This document shows, in pieces, positions 26,645 through 41,318 of a stretch of DNA of 64,000 nucleotides (the stretch's first letter is position 1; each line of letters begins with the position of its first letter). The position numbers and the translations under genes were made by a program. The notes beneath the pieces were generated by a model. It was not told the DNA's origin, did not search any database, and worked only from the letters and a program-made list of their open reading frames with translations. This DNA comes from Balanoglossus misakiensis. Taxonomy: Eukaryota; Animalia; Hemichordata. Location: contig JBECUI020000038.1 in NCBI GenBank assembly GCA_040954595.2, forward strand, positions 62,001 to 126,000, in the 5' to 3' direction.

Positions 26645-29080
26645 ATGGGAAAGAAGATCATGGCCAAAATTATCAAAATATTTGGGTTATGTCCTGGCAG
26701 CAATAGTACTCATGTGTACAAAATCATGACTGTTGTGCTTTTTAACAAGAGACATATCCAAGTAGATCAAGGGTCATGGCCAAAATTATCAAAATATTTG
26801 GGTTATGTCCTGGCAACAATAAAACTCATGTGAACAAAATCATGACTGTTGTGCTTTTTAACAAGAGACATATCCAAGTAGATCAAGGGTCATGGCCGAA
26901 ATAATCAAAATATTTGGGTTATGTCCTGGCAGCAATAAAATTCATATGAACAAAATCATGACTGTTGTGCTTTTTAACAAGAGACATATCCAAGTAGATC
27001 AAGGGTCATTGCCAAAATTATCCAAATATTTGGGTTATGTCCTGGCAGCAATAAAACTCATGTGAACAAAATCATGACTATTGTGCTTTTTAACAAGAGA
27101 CATATCCAAGTAGATCAAGGGTCATTGCCAAAATGATCAAAATATATGGGTTATGTCCTGGCAGCAATAAAACTCATGTGAACAAAATCATGACTGTTGT
27201 GCTTTTTAACAAGAGACATATCCAAGTAGATCAAGGGTCATTGCCAAAATTATCAAAATATTTGGGTTATGTCCTGGCAGCAATAAAACTCATGTGAACA
27301 AAATCATGACTGTTGTGCTTTTTAACAAGAGACATATCCAAGTAGATCAAGGGTCATTGCCAAAATTATCAAAATATTTGGGTTATGTCCAGGCACCAAT
27401 AGTACTCATGTGAACAAAATCATGACTGTTGTGCTTTTTAACAAGAGACATATCCAAGTAGATCAAGGGTCATTGCCAAAATTATCAAAATATTTGGGTT
27501 ATGTCCAGGCAGCAATAGTACTCATGTGAACAAAATCATGACTGTTGTGCTTTTTAACAAGAGGCATATCCAAGTAGATCAAGGGTCATTGCCAAAATTA
27601 TCAAAATATTTGGGTTATGTCCAGGCAGCAATAGTACTCATGTGAACAAAATCATGACTGTTGTGCTTTTTAACAAGAGACATATCCAAGTAGATCAAGG
27701 GTCATTGCCAAAATTATCAAAATATTTGGGTTATGTCCAGGCAGCAATAGTACTCATGTGAACAAAATCATGACTGTTGTGCTTTTTAACAAGAGACATA
27801 TCCAAGTAGATCAAGGGTCATTACCAAGATTATCAAAATATTTGGGTTATGTCCTGGCAGCAATAAAACTCATGTGAACAAAATCATGACTGTTGTGCCT
27901 TTTAACAAGAGACATATCCAAGTAGATCAAGGGTCATTGCCAAAATTATCATAATATTTGGGTTATGTCCTGGCAGCAATAAAACTCATGTGAACAAAAT
28001 CATGACTGTTGTGCTTTTTAACAAGAGACATATCCAAGTAGATCAAGGGTCATTGCCATGATTATCAAAATATTTGGGTTATGTCCTGGCAGCAATAAAA
28101 CTCATGTGAACAAAATCATGACTGTTGTGCTTTTAACAAGAGACATATCCAAGTAGATCAAGGGTCATTGCCAAAATTATCAAAATATTTGGGTTATGTC
28201 CAGGCAGCAATAGTACTCATGTGAACAAAATCATGACTGTTGTGCTTTTTAACAAGAGACATATCCAAGTAGATCAAGGGTCATTACCAAGATTATCAAA
28301 ATATTTGGATTATGTCCTGGCAGCAATAAAACTCATGTGAACAAAATCATGACTGTTGTGCCTTTTAACAAGAGACATATCCAAGTAGATCAAGGGTCAT
28401 TGCCAAAATTATCAAAATATTTTGGTAATGTCCTGGCAGCAATAAAACTCATGTGAACAAAATCATGACTGTTGTGCTTTTTAACAAGAGACATATCCAA
28501 GTAGATCAAGGGTCATTGCCAAGATTATCAAAATATTTGGGTTATGTCCTGGCAGCAATAAAACTCATGTGAACAAAATCATGACTGTTGTGCTTTTTAA
28601 CAAGAGACATATCCAAGTAGATCAAGGGTCATTGCCAAAGTTATCAAAATATTTGGGTTATGTCCTGGCAGCGACAAAACTCATGTGAACAAAATCATGA
28701 CTGTTGTGCTTTTTAACAAGAGACATATCCAAGTAGATCAAGGGTCATGGCCAAAATTATCAAAATATTTGGGTTATGTCCTGGCAACAATAAAACTCAT
28801 GTGAACAAAATCATGACTGTTGTGCTTTTTAACAAGAGACATATCCAAGGGATCAAGGGTCATTACCAAGATTATCAAAATATTTGGGTTATGTCCTGGC
28901 AGCAATAAAACTCATGTGAACAAAATCACGACTGTTGTGCTTTTTAACAAGAGACATATCCAAGTAGATCAAGGGTCATTGCCAAAATTATCAAAATATT
29001 TGGGTTATGTCCTGGCAGCAGTAGTACTCTTTGAACAAAATCATGACTGTTGAGCTTTTTATCAAGAGCCATATCCACAT
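26645..29080. repeat. 116-bp tandem array (~21 copies) amplified from part of the macrosatellite unit
   Basis: agtagatcaagggtcattgccaaaattatc...aagagacatatcca at 26761, 26877, 26993 and onward. Smaller arrays at ~24630-24970 and ~30890-31460. Confidence 0.97.
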
Positions 29081-29603
29081 AAAATTAAGTTATGGAATTA
29101 CTGGATCAAAGGACATGCGAGAGTCGCCAACAAATTGTTTAATCAAATACTGAAAAAAAACTGGATCAAAGAACATATGAAAGTTGTCAAAAATGTAACA
29201 TATTCTAGTCATATGGTGACTCGTATCCACAGAAAGAATTTGTGTGCTTTCAATGAGTAGGATAAAAAAAAGGAATTTTAGCTTTTAATCGGAGTTCAGA
29301 AAATCCAATTTGGCTCTGATAAGGTTAAACCAATCACAATTCACTTGAAAACTTGATTAGAAAAAGATTTTCGTAATTTTTGAATGAGATTTTTAAAAAA
29401 TCCAATAAGGCACCAAAAGTCACATGACCACTAATGATATTTTATCAAACTTTCAACCGCACAGTAAATTAGAACTTGATTGGCCCTGTAGTTTATGAAA
29501 ATGTCAACCTTTAAAGCTTATTAGAAAATCCAATATGGCCGCCATGAAGAAGACAATTACAACTAAAAGTAGCATTGGAGGGACCAAGGTTCCAACAGAA
29601 AGC

Positions 29604-29962
29604 AGACCCCATCAAAATTCCAATTAACAAAATCAGGTAGGGGCACCATACCACACATTCCTACCAATTTTCAGCTCCATCGTACATGTAGTTAGGGAGA
29701 AGAAGATTTTTTTACCAAAAATTTTATTTTTAGATCTAATTTGCATATTCATGACCCGATCAAATCCAAATTAACAAAATCAGGTAAGGGCACCATAACA
29801 CACATTCCAACCAAATTTCAGCTAAATATGCCAAGTAGTTTTATAGAAGAAGATTGAAATACCAAAAGTTGACGGACGACGGATGACGGACGACAGACGA
29901 CGGACAGACATTTATCAACCTACTGCTACAGCTCGGCTGACACAAGTGACAGCAGAGCTAAT
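29604..29962. mobile_element. Deleted duplicate of the 22135-23795 HINE-like element
   Basis: Same end junction gacagcagagctaataaaagctgtatc; identical ORF at 23716 and 29883. Confidence 0.85.
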
Positions 29963-32900
29963 AAAAGCTGTATCTGCTGTGCATGCCAAGTTTTGGAAAT
30001 GTAGATCAAGGGTCATTGCCAAAATTATCAAAATATTTGGGTTATGTCCTGCCAGAGTAGTACTCATGTGAACAAAATCATGACTGTTGTGCTTTTTAAC
30101 AAGAGACATATCAATGTACAATTAAGTTCTGAAAGATCTTGATCAAAGGGAAAATGAAAGTTGCAAAAAATTGTATAATTAAGTGTTAAAAAAAGGATCA
30201 ATGGACATGTGAAAGTTGACAAATTTTTTTAACATTCTTGTCTTATGTTGACTCTATCCATAAAAAGGCTTGGTGTGCTATCATTCAGTAGCCTACAAAT
30301 AGGAAATTTTAGTTTTTAATCGGAGTTCAGAAAATCCAATTAGGCTTCAATAAGGTTTAACCAATCACAATTTACGCGAAAGCTTGATTAAAAAAAGATT
30401 TTGGAAATTTTTCATGGTATTTTTCAAAAATCCATAATAAATCCAAATTCACATGAACACTAACAATATTATTTTAAAAAATTGGAACGTACAGTAAATT
30501 AGAACTTGATTGGCCTTGTAATTTTTGAAAAAAAATGTCAACTTTTAAAGGTTATCAGAAAATCCAATATGGCCACCATGAAGAAGACAATTAAAAGAAC
30601 ATGCAGCATCACAGGGGCCAAAGCAGTTAGCATGGTTCCAACAGAAAGCAAACTCTGTATCTGTTGTGGATTCATAGAATGGTAGGTAAGCCAGAGGTCA
30701 CGCAAATTTGTGCCAACAAATTTTGATATCAAACTGATAAGTGTCCAACAAGAACCAAACTTCTAAGCTCAATTGGTTAACTTTAAATAGGATAAGTACA
30801 TAATGATTGTGTTAAAGATTAATACTTCATTAGGTGTTCCAGTCCTCTATATTTGAAAGCCATATCTGCTGTGCATGTCAAATTATGGGAAAGTAGATCA
30901 TGGCCAAAATTATCAAAATATTTGGGTTATGTCCAGGCAGCAATAGTACTCATGTGTACAAAATCATGACTGTTGTGCTTTTTAACAAGAGACATATGCA
31001 AGTAGATCAAGGGTCATGGCCAAAATTATCAAAATATTTGGGTTATGTCCTGGCAGCAATAAAACTCATGTGAACAAAATCATGACTGTTGTGCTTTTTA
31101 ACAAGAGACATATCCAAGTAGATCAAGGGTCATGGCCAAAATTATCAAAATATTTGGGTTATGTCCTGGCAGCAATAAAACTCATGTGAACAAAATCATG
31201 ACTGTTGTGCTTTTTAACAAGAGACATATCCAAGTAGATCAAGGGTCATTGCCAAAATTATCAAAATATTTGGGTTATGTCCTGGCAGCAATAAAACTCA
31301 TGTGAACAAAATCATGACTGTTGTGCTTTTTAACAAGAGACATATCCAAGTAGATCAAGGGTCATTGCCAAAATTATCAAAATATTTGGGTTATGTCCTG
31401 GCAGCAGTAGTACTCTTTGAACAAAATCATGACTGTTTAGCTTTTTATCAAGAGCCATATCCACATAAAATTTAGTTATGGAATTACTGGGTCAAAGGAC
31501 ATGCGAGAGTTGCCAACAAATTGTTTAATCAAGTTTTGAAAAAACTGGATCAAAGGACATGTGAAAGTTGCCAAAAAATGTAACGTATTCTAGTCATATG
31601 GCGACTCGTATCCATAAAATTAATTTGTGTGCTTTCAATGAGTAGGCTAGAAATAGAAAATCTTAGTTTTTAATCAGTGTTTAGAAAAATCCAATTTGGC
31701 TCCAATAAGGTGACACCAATCACAATTCACTTGAAAACTTGATTAGAAAAAGATGTTCTGTAATTTTTTAATGAGATTTTTAAACAATCCAATTAGGCAC
31801 CCAAAGTCACTTGACCACTAATGATATTTTTGTCAAACTTTCAACCCTACAGTAAACTAGAATTTGATTGGCCCTGTAGTTTATGAAAATGTCAACTTTT
31901 AAAGGTTATTAGAAATTCCAATATGGCCACCATGAAGAAGACAATTAGAGCTACAAGCAGCATTGCAGTGGCCAAAGCGGTTAGCATGGTTCCAACAGAA
32001 AGCAAATGCTGCATCTGTTGTGGATGCCTAGAAATGGTAAAGTATGCCAGAGGTGATGCAAAATGTGCCAACAAAATTTGATACCAAACTGATCAGTGTC
32101 CAACAAAAAGCAGACTTCTACGCTTTATTGGTTAACTTTAAATAGCTTATATACATAATTATTGTGTTAAAGTTAATACATGTACTTTATTAGGTGTTCC
32201 AGTCCTCTAAATTTAAAAGCTGTATCTGCTGTGCATGCCAAGTTATGGGAATGTAGATCAAAAGTTACTGCCAAAATTATCAAAATATTTGGGTTATGTC
32301 CGGGCAGCAGTAGTACTCATGTGAACAAAATCACGACTCTTGTGCTTTTTAACAAGAGGCATATCAACGTAGAATTAAGTTCTGAAAGATCTGGATCAAA
32401 AGACGAATGACAGTTGCAAAAAAATTGTATAATTAAGTGTTGAAAAAATGGATGAAAGGACATGTGAAAGTTGATAAAAATTGTTTAACATATTCTGGTC
32501 TTATGGTGACTCGTATCCATAAAAAGGATTGGTGTGCTATCATTCAGTAGCCTTGAAATAGGAAATTTTAGTTTTTAATCGGAGTTCAGACAATCCAATT
32601 TGGCTTCAATAAGGTTTAACCAATCACAATTCACTTGAAAGCTTGATTAAAAAAGATTTTGGAAATCTTCATGAGTTTTTGAAAAAATCCATAATAAATC
32701 CAAATTCACATGACCACTATTAATATAATTGAAAAAAAATTGGAACGGCCAGTAAATTAGAACTTGATTGGCCCTGCAGTTTAGAAAAAAATGTACACTT
32801 TTAGAGATTATCAGAAAATCCAATATGGCCGCCATGAAGAAGACCCAACTATAAGCAGCATTGGAGTGACCAAAGTGGTTAGCATGGTTCCAACAGAAAG

Positions 32901-33144
32901 CAAAGGCTGTATCTGTTATGGATGCTGAGAAATGGTAAGTAAGCCAGAGGTCACGCAAATTTGTGCCAACAAATTTTGACATCAAACTGATAAGTGTCCA
33001 ACAAGAACCAAACTTCTAAGCTCAATTGGTTAACTTTAAATAGGATAAGTACATAACGATTGTGTTAAAGATTAATACTTCATTAGGTGTTCCAGTCCTC
33101 TAAATTTGAAAGCCGTATCTGCTGTGCATGGCAAGTTATGGGAA

Positions 33145-34190
33145 AGTAGATCATGGCCAAAATTATCAAAATATTTGGGTTATGTCCAGGCAGCAATAGT
33201 ACTCATGTGTACAATATCATGACTGTTGTGCTTTTTAACAAGAGTCATATCCAAGTAGATCAAGGGTCATGGCCAAAATTATCAAAATATTTGGGTTATG
33301 TCCTGGCAGCAATATAACTCATGTGAACAAAATCATGACTGTTGTGCTTTTTAACAAGAGACCTATCCAAGTAGATCAAGGGTCATTGCCAAAATTATCA
33401 AAATATTTTGGTTATGTCCTGGCAGCAATAAAACTCATATGAACACAATAATGACTGTTGTGCTTTTTAACAAGAGACATATCCAAGTAGATCAAGGGTC
33501 ATTGCCAAAATTATCAAAATATTTGGGTTATGTCCTGGCAGCAATAAAACTCGTGTGAACACAATCATGACTGTTGTGCTTTTTAACAAGAGACATATCC
33601 AAGTAGATCAAGGGTCATTGCCAAAATTATCAAAATATTTGGGTTATGTCCTGGCAGCAATAAAACTCATGTGAACACAATCATGACTGTTGTGCTTTTT
33701 AACAAGAGGCATATCCAAGTAGATCAAGGATCATTGCCAACATTATCAAAATATGTAGGTTATGTCCAGGCAGCAATAAAACTCATGTGAACACAATTAT
33801 GACTGTTGTGTTTTTTAACAAGAGACATATCCAAGTAGATCAAGGGTCATTGCCAAAATTATCAAAATATTTTGGTTATGTCCTGGCAGCAATAAAACTC
33901 ATGTGAACAAAATCATGACTGTTGTGCTTTTTAACAAGAGACATATCCAAGTAGATCAAGGGTCATCGCCAAAATTATCAAAATATTTGGGTTATGTCCT
34001 GGCAGCAATAAAACTCATGTGAACACAATTATGACTGTTGTGCTTTTTAACAAGACTAGAGACATATCCAAGTAGAACAAGGGTCATTGCCAAAATTATC
34101 AAAATATTTGGGTTATGTCCTGGCAGCAATAAAACTCATGTGAACACAATCATGACTGTTGTGCTTTTTAACAAGAGACATATCCAAGTA
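33145..34190. repeat. 116-bp tandem array (~9 copies)
   Basis: Same monomer as 26645-29080. Confidence 0.95.
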
Positions 34191-34936
34191 CAATTCAGTT
34201 CTAACAAATCTGAATCAAAGGACATGTGAAATTTGCCAAAAAATGTAACGTATTCTATACATATGGTGACTCGTATCAATAAAATGAATGTGTGCTTTAA
34301 ATGAGTAGGCTAGAAATAGGAAATCTTTGTCTTTAATTAGAGTTCAGAAAGTCCAATTTGGCTCCAATAAGGTTTAACTAATCACAATACACTTGAAAAC
34401 TTGATTAGAAAAAGATTTTGGAAATGTTAAATGAGATTTTTCAACAATCCATAATGAATCCAAAGTCGCATGACCACTAACAATATTATTGAAAAAAATT
34501 GGAAGGGACAGTAAATTAGAACTTGATTGGCCATGTAGTTTTGAAAAAATGTCAACTTTAAGAGGTTATCAGAAAATCCAATATGGCCAACATGAAGAAG
34601 ACAATTAAAGGAACATGCAACATTACAGGGGCCAAAGCAGTTAGCATGGTTCCAACAGAAAGCAAACTCTGTATCTGTTGTGGATGGCTAGAAATGGTAA
34701 GCCAGAGGTCACTATGTCTATGTATAATTAACTTCTTAAAACATAGCGTATAGGAAACTGTTGTGCCATTTGGGGATTACACAGATTTTAGGTATTCACC
34801 AGAATTAAATCGCGGGCGACATTGGCAAGCATATATGGCAAAAATATTCAAATACTATGGAAACATAAAAAAATTCACCATGCTCAATCAAGTGTTATGT
34901 GTCACTGCAATCTTACAAGCAGCACTAAAAAAAACA

Positions 34937-35208
34937 GATTTTTGTCCAAAAACTGTCTGTAAAATACATGCGAGTATGACAAGCTAATTAGTCCAATCAG
35001 ACAGAGGCATTCACTGACCTACCACCAGTTTATAATAAAATAACCGGTGGTCTCTGTAACAGCTGGACCACAACTGATTTTTGTCCAAAAACTGTCTGTA
35101 AAATATATGCGAGTATGACAAGCTAATTAGTCCAATCAGACAGAGGCATTCACTGACCTACCACCAGTTTATAATAAAATAGCCGGTGGTCTCTGTAACA
35201 GCTGGACC
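34937..35208. repeat. 140-bp tandem duplication
   Basis: gatttttgtccaaaaactgtctgta...gtaacagctggacc at 34937 and 35077. Confidence 0.92.
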
Positions 35209-38200
35209 GGTAAAATTATATAAGGCTGTTTATTTTACTGATAAAAAATTTTATAGGTCTTTGTAGGTTATAATAAAGAAAATTATCAAAATCGGTTCAC
35301 CAGTTTTCAAGGTACAAAAGCATCAAAAAATACTGATATTCTCAAGTATCTTCAACATTTTTCAAAAAATTATGCACGATTCACAGAAGAATACTTCTTT
35401 CAGTTTTACAGGAGATCATCTAAACTTGTAAAGAAAATCTCTCTATTTTTTGCATGGCACCATGGGAAATATGAAATTTTGCAATGTTTGATGTTCCGTG
35501 TCTCAATCATAGTTGATCTAATTGTAACGAAATTTTCAGAATATATTACAATATATGTGCAGATACAGATAGTGACTTCAGTTTTTGATATCTGGATTAC
35601 AATTTAAATTCCCAGGCGCTCAAAAAAGGAAAAACCTAGCATTTTACCATTGCAAATGGGCGGCCATATTGGATTGATATTTCATTAGATGGCAATATCT
35701 GTTTATACACTGCAATTTGCTGAAAATCAGTTCAATCACTGTAGTGAGTGGAAATATTTAAATTCTTGTGTATTTTGAGCAATAATACTACTACCAAAAA
35801 TATTTTATACAGTTACTTCTGGACAGCAAAAATTGCCATCATTCAAGTCAAACTCTCAGATCGGCCCTTTTGCTTGCCTGTGTTGGGCAGATATCAAAAG
35901 TGGAGAAAGTTGGATAGTGTAATGTCTACATGTATTTGTACTATCCTTGTAGTCTATTAACATTTACACGATTTTCATATTAATTTTGGTATGATATGCA
36001 TGGAAAGACTGGCTGGCTATAAATCATAAAACTGAACGTCCTTGCACCATACAGTTTTTACTGCATACACATGTAGTTTAAGCAAACTGTGTATTTCATG
36101 TATTCCACTTTTCTGCCTTCCTTGCTGGCTTTCTCCATTTATTTTCTTACTGTTTCTTTGTAACATTACTGATTTTTTTTTCTGGTAATTCAATTTCTGG
36201 CTGAAATAAATGTACTAGAGCTGGTAAGGTTTCCTGAACATTAATCCCTGTATCTTGAAGGCAGGTGTGCAAGTTCATATAAAGTTCATTGGTTAAAGGA
36301 ATATTATGAGCTGATAAATCTTCTAAGCTCTTCTTTCTGGCTAGAAGGTCTGCTATATTATCGAATACTCTTTATGCTACTTCCATAATGTTGCCTGTGC
36401 AAATTAACAATCAAAATACCCACTTGCTAGACAATTGTAAGACAAACATTTTTGTTGGGTAATTACAGAATAATTATTTTAATTCCATGCATACTCTACC
36501 TAAACACAAATTAGAATATATAACTGAAATTATAATTATACACAGGTCTATGAAATGCAAAGAAAATGTATTTCTAGGAAAGAACACCCATGGGCATTCA
36601 GCTCTAAGCAGATAACATCAGTCACTTTGAAGACATGTCACTTCCCAGACTTGACTAAACAAACTTCCAACCCTGAAGTGAAACGCATCTCCGAGTTGCA
36701 TACACAATATGATCATATAATGTTAGATATTTATCATGGTTTAAGTGAAAACAAATTAGGAGATGTAAACACCCCTGCCATTTATTCAGTGCCATATAAT
36801 GCTGCCATTATGCACATATTGACTCTAGCCACTTTCCCAGTGGGAGGAAAAAGACTTTAATGGACACCAAGCGGGAAGAAACGAAAGTTACTAAGTTTTT
36901 GGCATTTCATTTTTATTTGTGAGATCGAGAAATTAAAATATGACAAGTTTAGAAAATAATCAGATTACACAGTATGTCCCAGTTCGTATGGCGGCCATAT
37001 TGGATTCTGAACTCTCTAGTGATATAAACATATAGTGTACTTGGCGAGTCTCAGTATAGGGAAATCAACACAATCAGACAAAACTTGGGTTACCCATTGC
37101 AATAATACTATCAAATTTCAAAGCAATCCCATATGCAGTTTCAGAAAAATCAGTATTTTCACCAAAATTGTACAATATCTTACGTCAATCGCTTCAGGGA
37201 ACATGCCTACCAAAGCTCAAGGCAATCTGACAATCAGTTTGAAAGAAAATAATTTTTAATGAAAAATTCCAAAACTATCACACACAAAACGCAAATATGC
37301 ATATTTCAAGTATTTTTCTAAAACATCTCACTTAATTATTCCCAAGGAACAACCCTGCAAAATTTGAAAGCAATCTGACAAGCAGTTTTAGATAAAACAA
37401 TTTTTGACCAAAAAAGACAAAAAATTCTACAAAATTATAAATATGCACATTTTTCATCAACCAGGTTTTCATCAAATGGGACCATATATCCAAATGTATG
37501 CTTCAAAGCAACACGACTCTCAGAGAAAAAAATGCTTGTCACCCTGGTCAAAAATTTGGTTTTACTAAAACATCAAATCGGTTATCTCTCAAAGCTAAAA
37601 GGGTTATCACCAAACAGATTACAATTTTCTTTACTTGTGGTGGTTTTGGTTTTATCGGTTTGCCCAATAAAAATTAGGATAATTGTTTAAGTATGCCAAC
37701 AGTGAGGTGGAAATCACACCAGAAAAGCGAAAATACGCCAACAACATGTAAACAGTAAAATGTTACGAAAAAACAAACAGAAAAGCGAAAATACACCAAC
37801 CACGTTTAAACCGTAAAATTAAAAAAAAATGCAAACACTGGCTCTACGTGCGCTTAGGCAAGAGGCCTAGCAATAAAATTCTCACAGAGTATAACCCTAT
37901 AAATATGTCTAGACTTTCTCGATTATGACCTCAGGGTCAGCAGCGAAGCCATACACAGAATGGCCGAGAGGCATGGCTAGCTGCACGCCCGTAGCTCGGA
38001 TTTTTTTCTGGAATAAGACCTACTTCTGTTCAACTACAAGGTGTTGAACGGATAGCTGCAAATCACCTAATACCAGACTAAACAATCGAGCGACGGTAAC
38101 GTAGCTACATAGGCTATGGTACTAAAAGCAATGACTGGATTATGAGCCTACCGAAAAGACGTCTTGATCCCGCGGCAGTAAGAAGGAAAGTGGTCGAAAC

Positions 38201-39689
38201 CCGGCGTCGCACACCGGAAACGGGTCAATGATCACCTGTTGTTATGGAGAGTGGGACTTGTTACCCAATCACAGACCATAGTTAGCATTACGACACACTA
38301 ATGAATATGCATACATGCTATAGCTGCATATTTTATTATTTTAGAACGCACTGGAACATGCTCGCATTCGAAGGAATATTCCATTTGTATATGCAAATAG
38401 CAAACCTATGTTCTCGAGTGTGAGTGCACCATTGTCTCAGGGGGGTGGCTCACGTCCCAAAGAACAGGGGGTAATTTTCTACCACAGCCGCGCATTTCAA
38501 ACCGAGCAAGCAAACTGCTAACTTCCGTTGTCTGGGCAACATTTTGATGTGCGTTAAGTTTTGCACCTATTCGACTTTGAGGAAACAGACCTATAATACT
38601 TCCTAATGTGGTTCTCTTTCTGGGTCATTTTGTTGGTCCAACCACGATCCACGAGATCGTAAACTGCTTGGATTAGGGCGCGTTAGGAAGCTGCAGCTGC
38701 GGCCGCAGGTCAAGTCGGTGTGTGTTGTATTTAACAAACATGGTGAATGTGTTCGGCACAGCAACATGCTCGCTCTACCCACAGCCACTGTACCGTACTG
38801 TCGATCGTTTCCATGTCTGTTTCACGCTCGCTCTTTATAATGCCCTTATCACGCCTCCCGTATTGTGTTCATGATATGACAGTCCCACTAATCTGACAAC
38901 ACGCTCGCTTTTATTATGTCAATTTGTCCCGTTCGCTAGCACTGCGTTCAGGCCTGCATTCACCATTAACAGACTATCCCATTCGCCAACTTTACTGAAC
39001 TACAAAGTGAAGAACCAGTTTGCGTCTTGGCCGAAACAACCGGGGTCATGGAAATTAAAGGCGGAACCGAGAAGATTAAGTGCCATTCCCGAAGTAACGA
39101 CCAACCAATGTTTACAGAGAAATCAGATGACATCAAATAGCGGAGTTCTTATCCTGTCGGGATGCGTTTACCTCGGAATCGGCGAAGTTTTTTTGTCGTC
39201 GAGTTTGATTTCATGGACGATGCAGTCTAGTTATTTGATGATCCATAATTGATATTTTTTTTTTGGGGGGGGGGGGTCCTGGTGTCGATAATTCGAGGCA
39301 GGAGAAGAAATGTGCCGACAGCGCAAATTGCCGTTTTTCTCGCTCTGTTTAGTCGATTTTGACAACTTCAAAAGTATTAAACTTCACTCTGCGTTGGTCG
39401 AGAGGTCTTAAATTTTACCCATCCAACAAAACAAACGTTTGTAGTCAATAAAGTGTTCTTGGCGGGAATTAAAATTGATTCAATGCAATTCAAGTTTGAA
39501 TTTGATCAAATTTTCTAAATATAGATAAATCGACAGGCCAACACTGTCCATGCACCAAAAAGAACAGCTGGTCGCGGAGATGAATTTTGTTTTTGTATAT
39601 AACAAAATACCCTACAAAATATAAAAGTTCCGAATTACCTATAATTTGATTCCATTATAATTCCAATACTATTAACTCAATTTTAGAGT

Positions 39690-41150
39690 AATACACTGGG
39701 AACTATTATTTTTCAAAATTGGAAAATATGCCCCCAAAATACAAGATATTGCCAACAAAAAGCATTGACACTTTCATCATTGGTTTTGTAAATTATCATG
39801 ACAACGCACCCAGGAACCTTTAAATCAAATTTGAAAGCAATGGAGTAGAGGGTTCTGAGAAAGAGTTTTGACCAAAAATGGCAAAAATCACCCCAAAAAT
39901 ATAATATTAAATTCTTCTAGTTGATTTGACAAACATACATGCAAATTTCCAAAGCAATCTATGAGCTGTTTTACATTTAAAAAATGATCAAAAAGGTAAA
40001 AATTGCTCGCAAATTTTGCAGCAATTTAAACAAAACTTTAGTAACTCAGATCACCTATATGAAGCTCCATACTAAATTTCAAAGAGGTGGGCTGATTAAT
40101 TCCAGAAAGGTAGTTTTTTTACAAAAATGTAGAAAAAGACAAACAAATGCGAAAAATAGAAAATTCAAAGTATTACCTCAAAACATACAGAATCATTATG
40201 ACCAGGGGTTGCTGAGTTTCTGAGTTTTGACCAAATTAAGGTTTTTCCCAGAAAATTTGCATATTTTTGGCAATGTCAACTTCGTTTGAACAAACTCCCA
40301 TCTACAACCCGGTATGCATCTACACACCAAATATCGAGGTTGTACGCGTAGCAGTCTTCAAGTTTTTGATGTGGATGGACATACTCCCATACATCCATAC
40401 AGATGCAACGTACCGATCTCATAAGGTCCCACTGGAATATACCAATACAAATGTGACATAAACACTTGACTTGCGGGCGCTGTTACTCCTCAATGAAAGC
40501 AGATAACGCGACACAAACTGGTCATTTTTTTCAAACTTGTGCTATAAGTAATATGTGTGACCAACTCTATGACTTAATTTTTTGTTAATGACCTAATACC
40601 AAACAAATAGATATGATCTAATTTAAAAAAACTGTCCCAAAACTGCCAAACACAAAAATGCAAACATCACCAAAATTATACAATATCTTACTTCGATGAG
40701 AACATGCTTACCAAAGTTCAAAGCAATCTGACAAGTGGTTTCAACAAGAAAATCACAAGTTACCTCAAGAACACAAATAAGCAAATTTCAACAAAATTTT
40801 CAAACAACTTACAATTGCTTAACCCTGAGAACATGCCTACCAATTCCCAAAGCAATCTGACAAGCACGAGGTTTCAGAGAAAACGATTTTTGACCAAAAA
40901 TTGCAAAATTTGGCTCATAATTACAAATGTGCAAACTTTGCAACAATTACACCTATAGGAAGATTTATACTAAATGTTAAAGAAATCAGCCAATTACTTT
41001 CATAGAAAATATTTTACCATTGTGTTAAAAGACAAAACATTCATAAAAAGTAGACAATTCACGATGTTAGCGTAGAACTTATATAGCTCTATGATCTTGG
41101 CATAAGAAACATGCATACCACTTTTCAAAGCAATCTGACCAGTAGTTCCC
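39690..41150 (+). mobile_element. Degenerate HINE-like repeat remnants
   Basis: Recurrent acatgcctacca...caaagcaatctgacaag...tttttgaccaaaaa motifs (also at ~37100-37450 and reversed at ~54600-55000), plus a catac-type microsatellite near 40380. Confidence 0.5.
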
Positions 41151-41312
41151 AGCTAACAACTGAGAACAGAATAGCCAAAATCATCACCAGCGCCTAACAC
41201 TACATTTGATTTTAATCAGATGAAAAAGGGAAGTAAGCAGACCATTTGTTGGAGCGGCTGATCCTCACCTGAAATCAAAGAGACAGACAAAAGCACTCAT
41301 TTTATCAGAATA

Positions 41313-41318
41313 TTTATT
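41313..41318 (-). promoter_or_regulatory. Possible poly(A) signal of the minus-strand gene
   Basis: AATAAA on the minus strand ~3 kb downstream of the last exon, where unique UTR-like sequence meets repeats. Weak evidence in AT-rich DNA. Confidence 0.25.

Larger units (their letters stand above)
19580..34712. repeat. Macrosatellite, ~900-bp unit, about 11 units
   Basis: aaaatccaatatggcc(g/a)ccatgaagaagac...gttagcatggttccaacagaaagca recurs near 21000, 21900, 24460, 25490, 26390, 29590, 30625, 31980, 32880 and 34640. The first unit is more diverged. Confidence 0.92.

Noticed and set aside
26645-29080. CRISPR-like regular array
   Set aside because: Whole 116-bp units repeat with no unique spacers, there are no cas genes, and the context is eukaryotic.
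38130-38210. Possible hammerhead ribozyme (…gtcgaaac)
   Set aside because: No intact CUGANGA core with pairing stems could be built.
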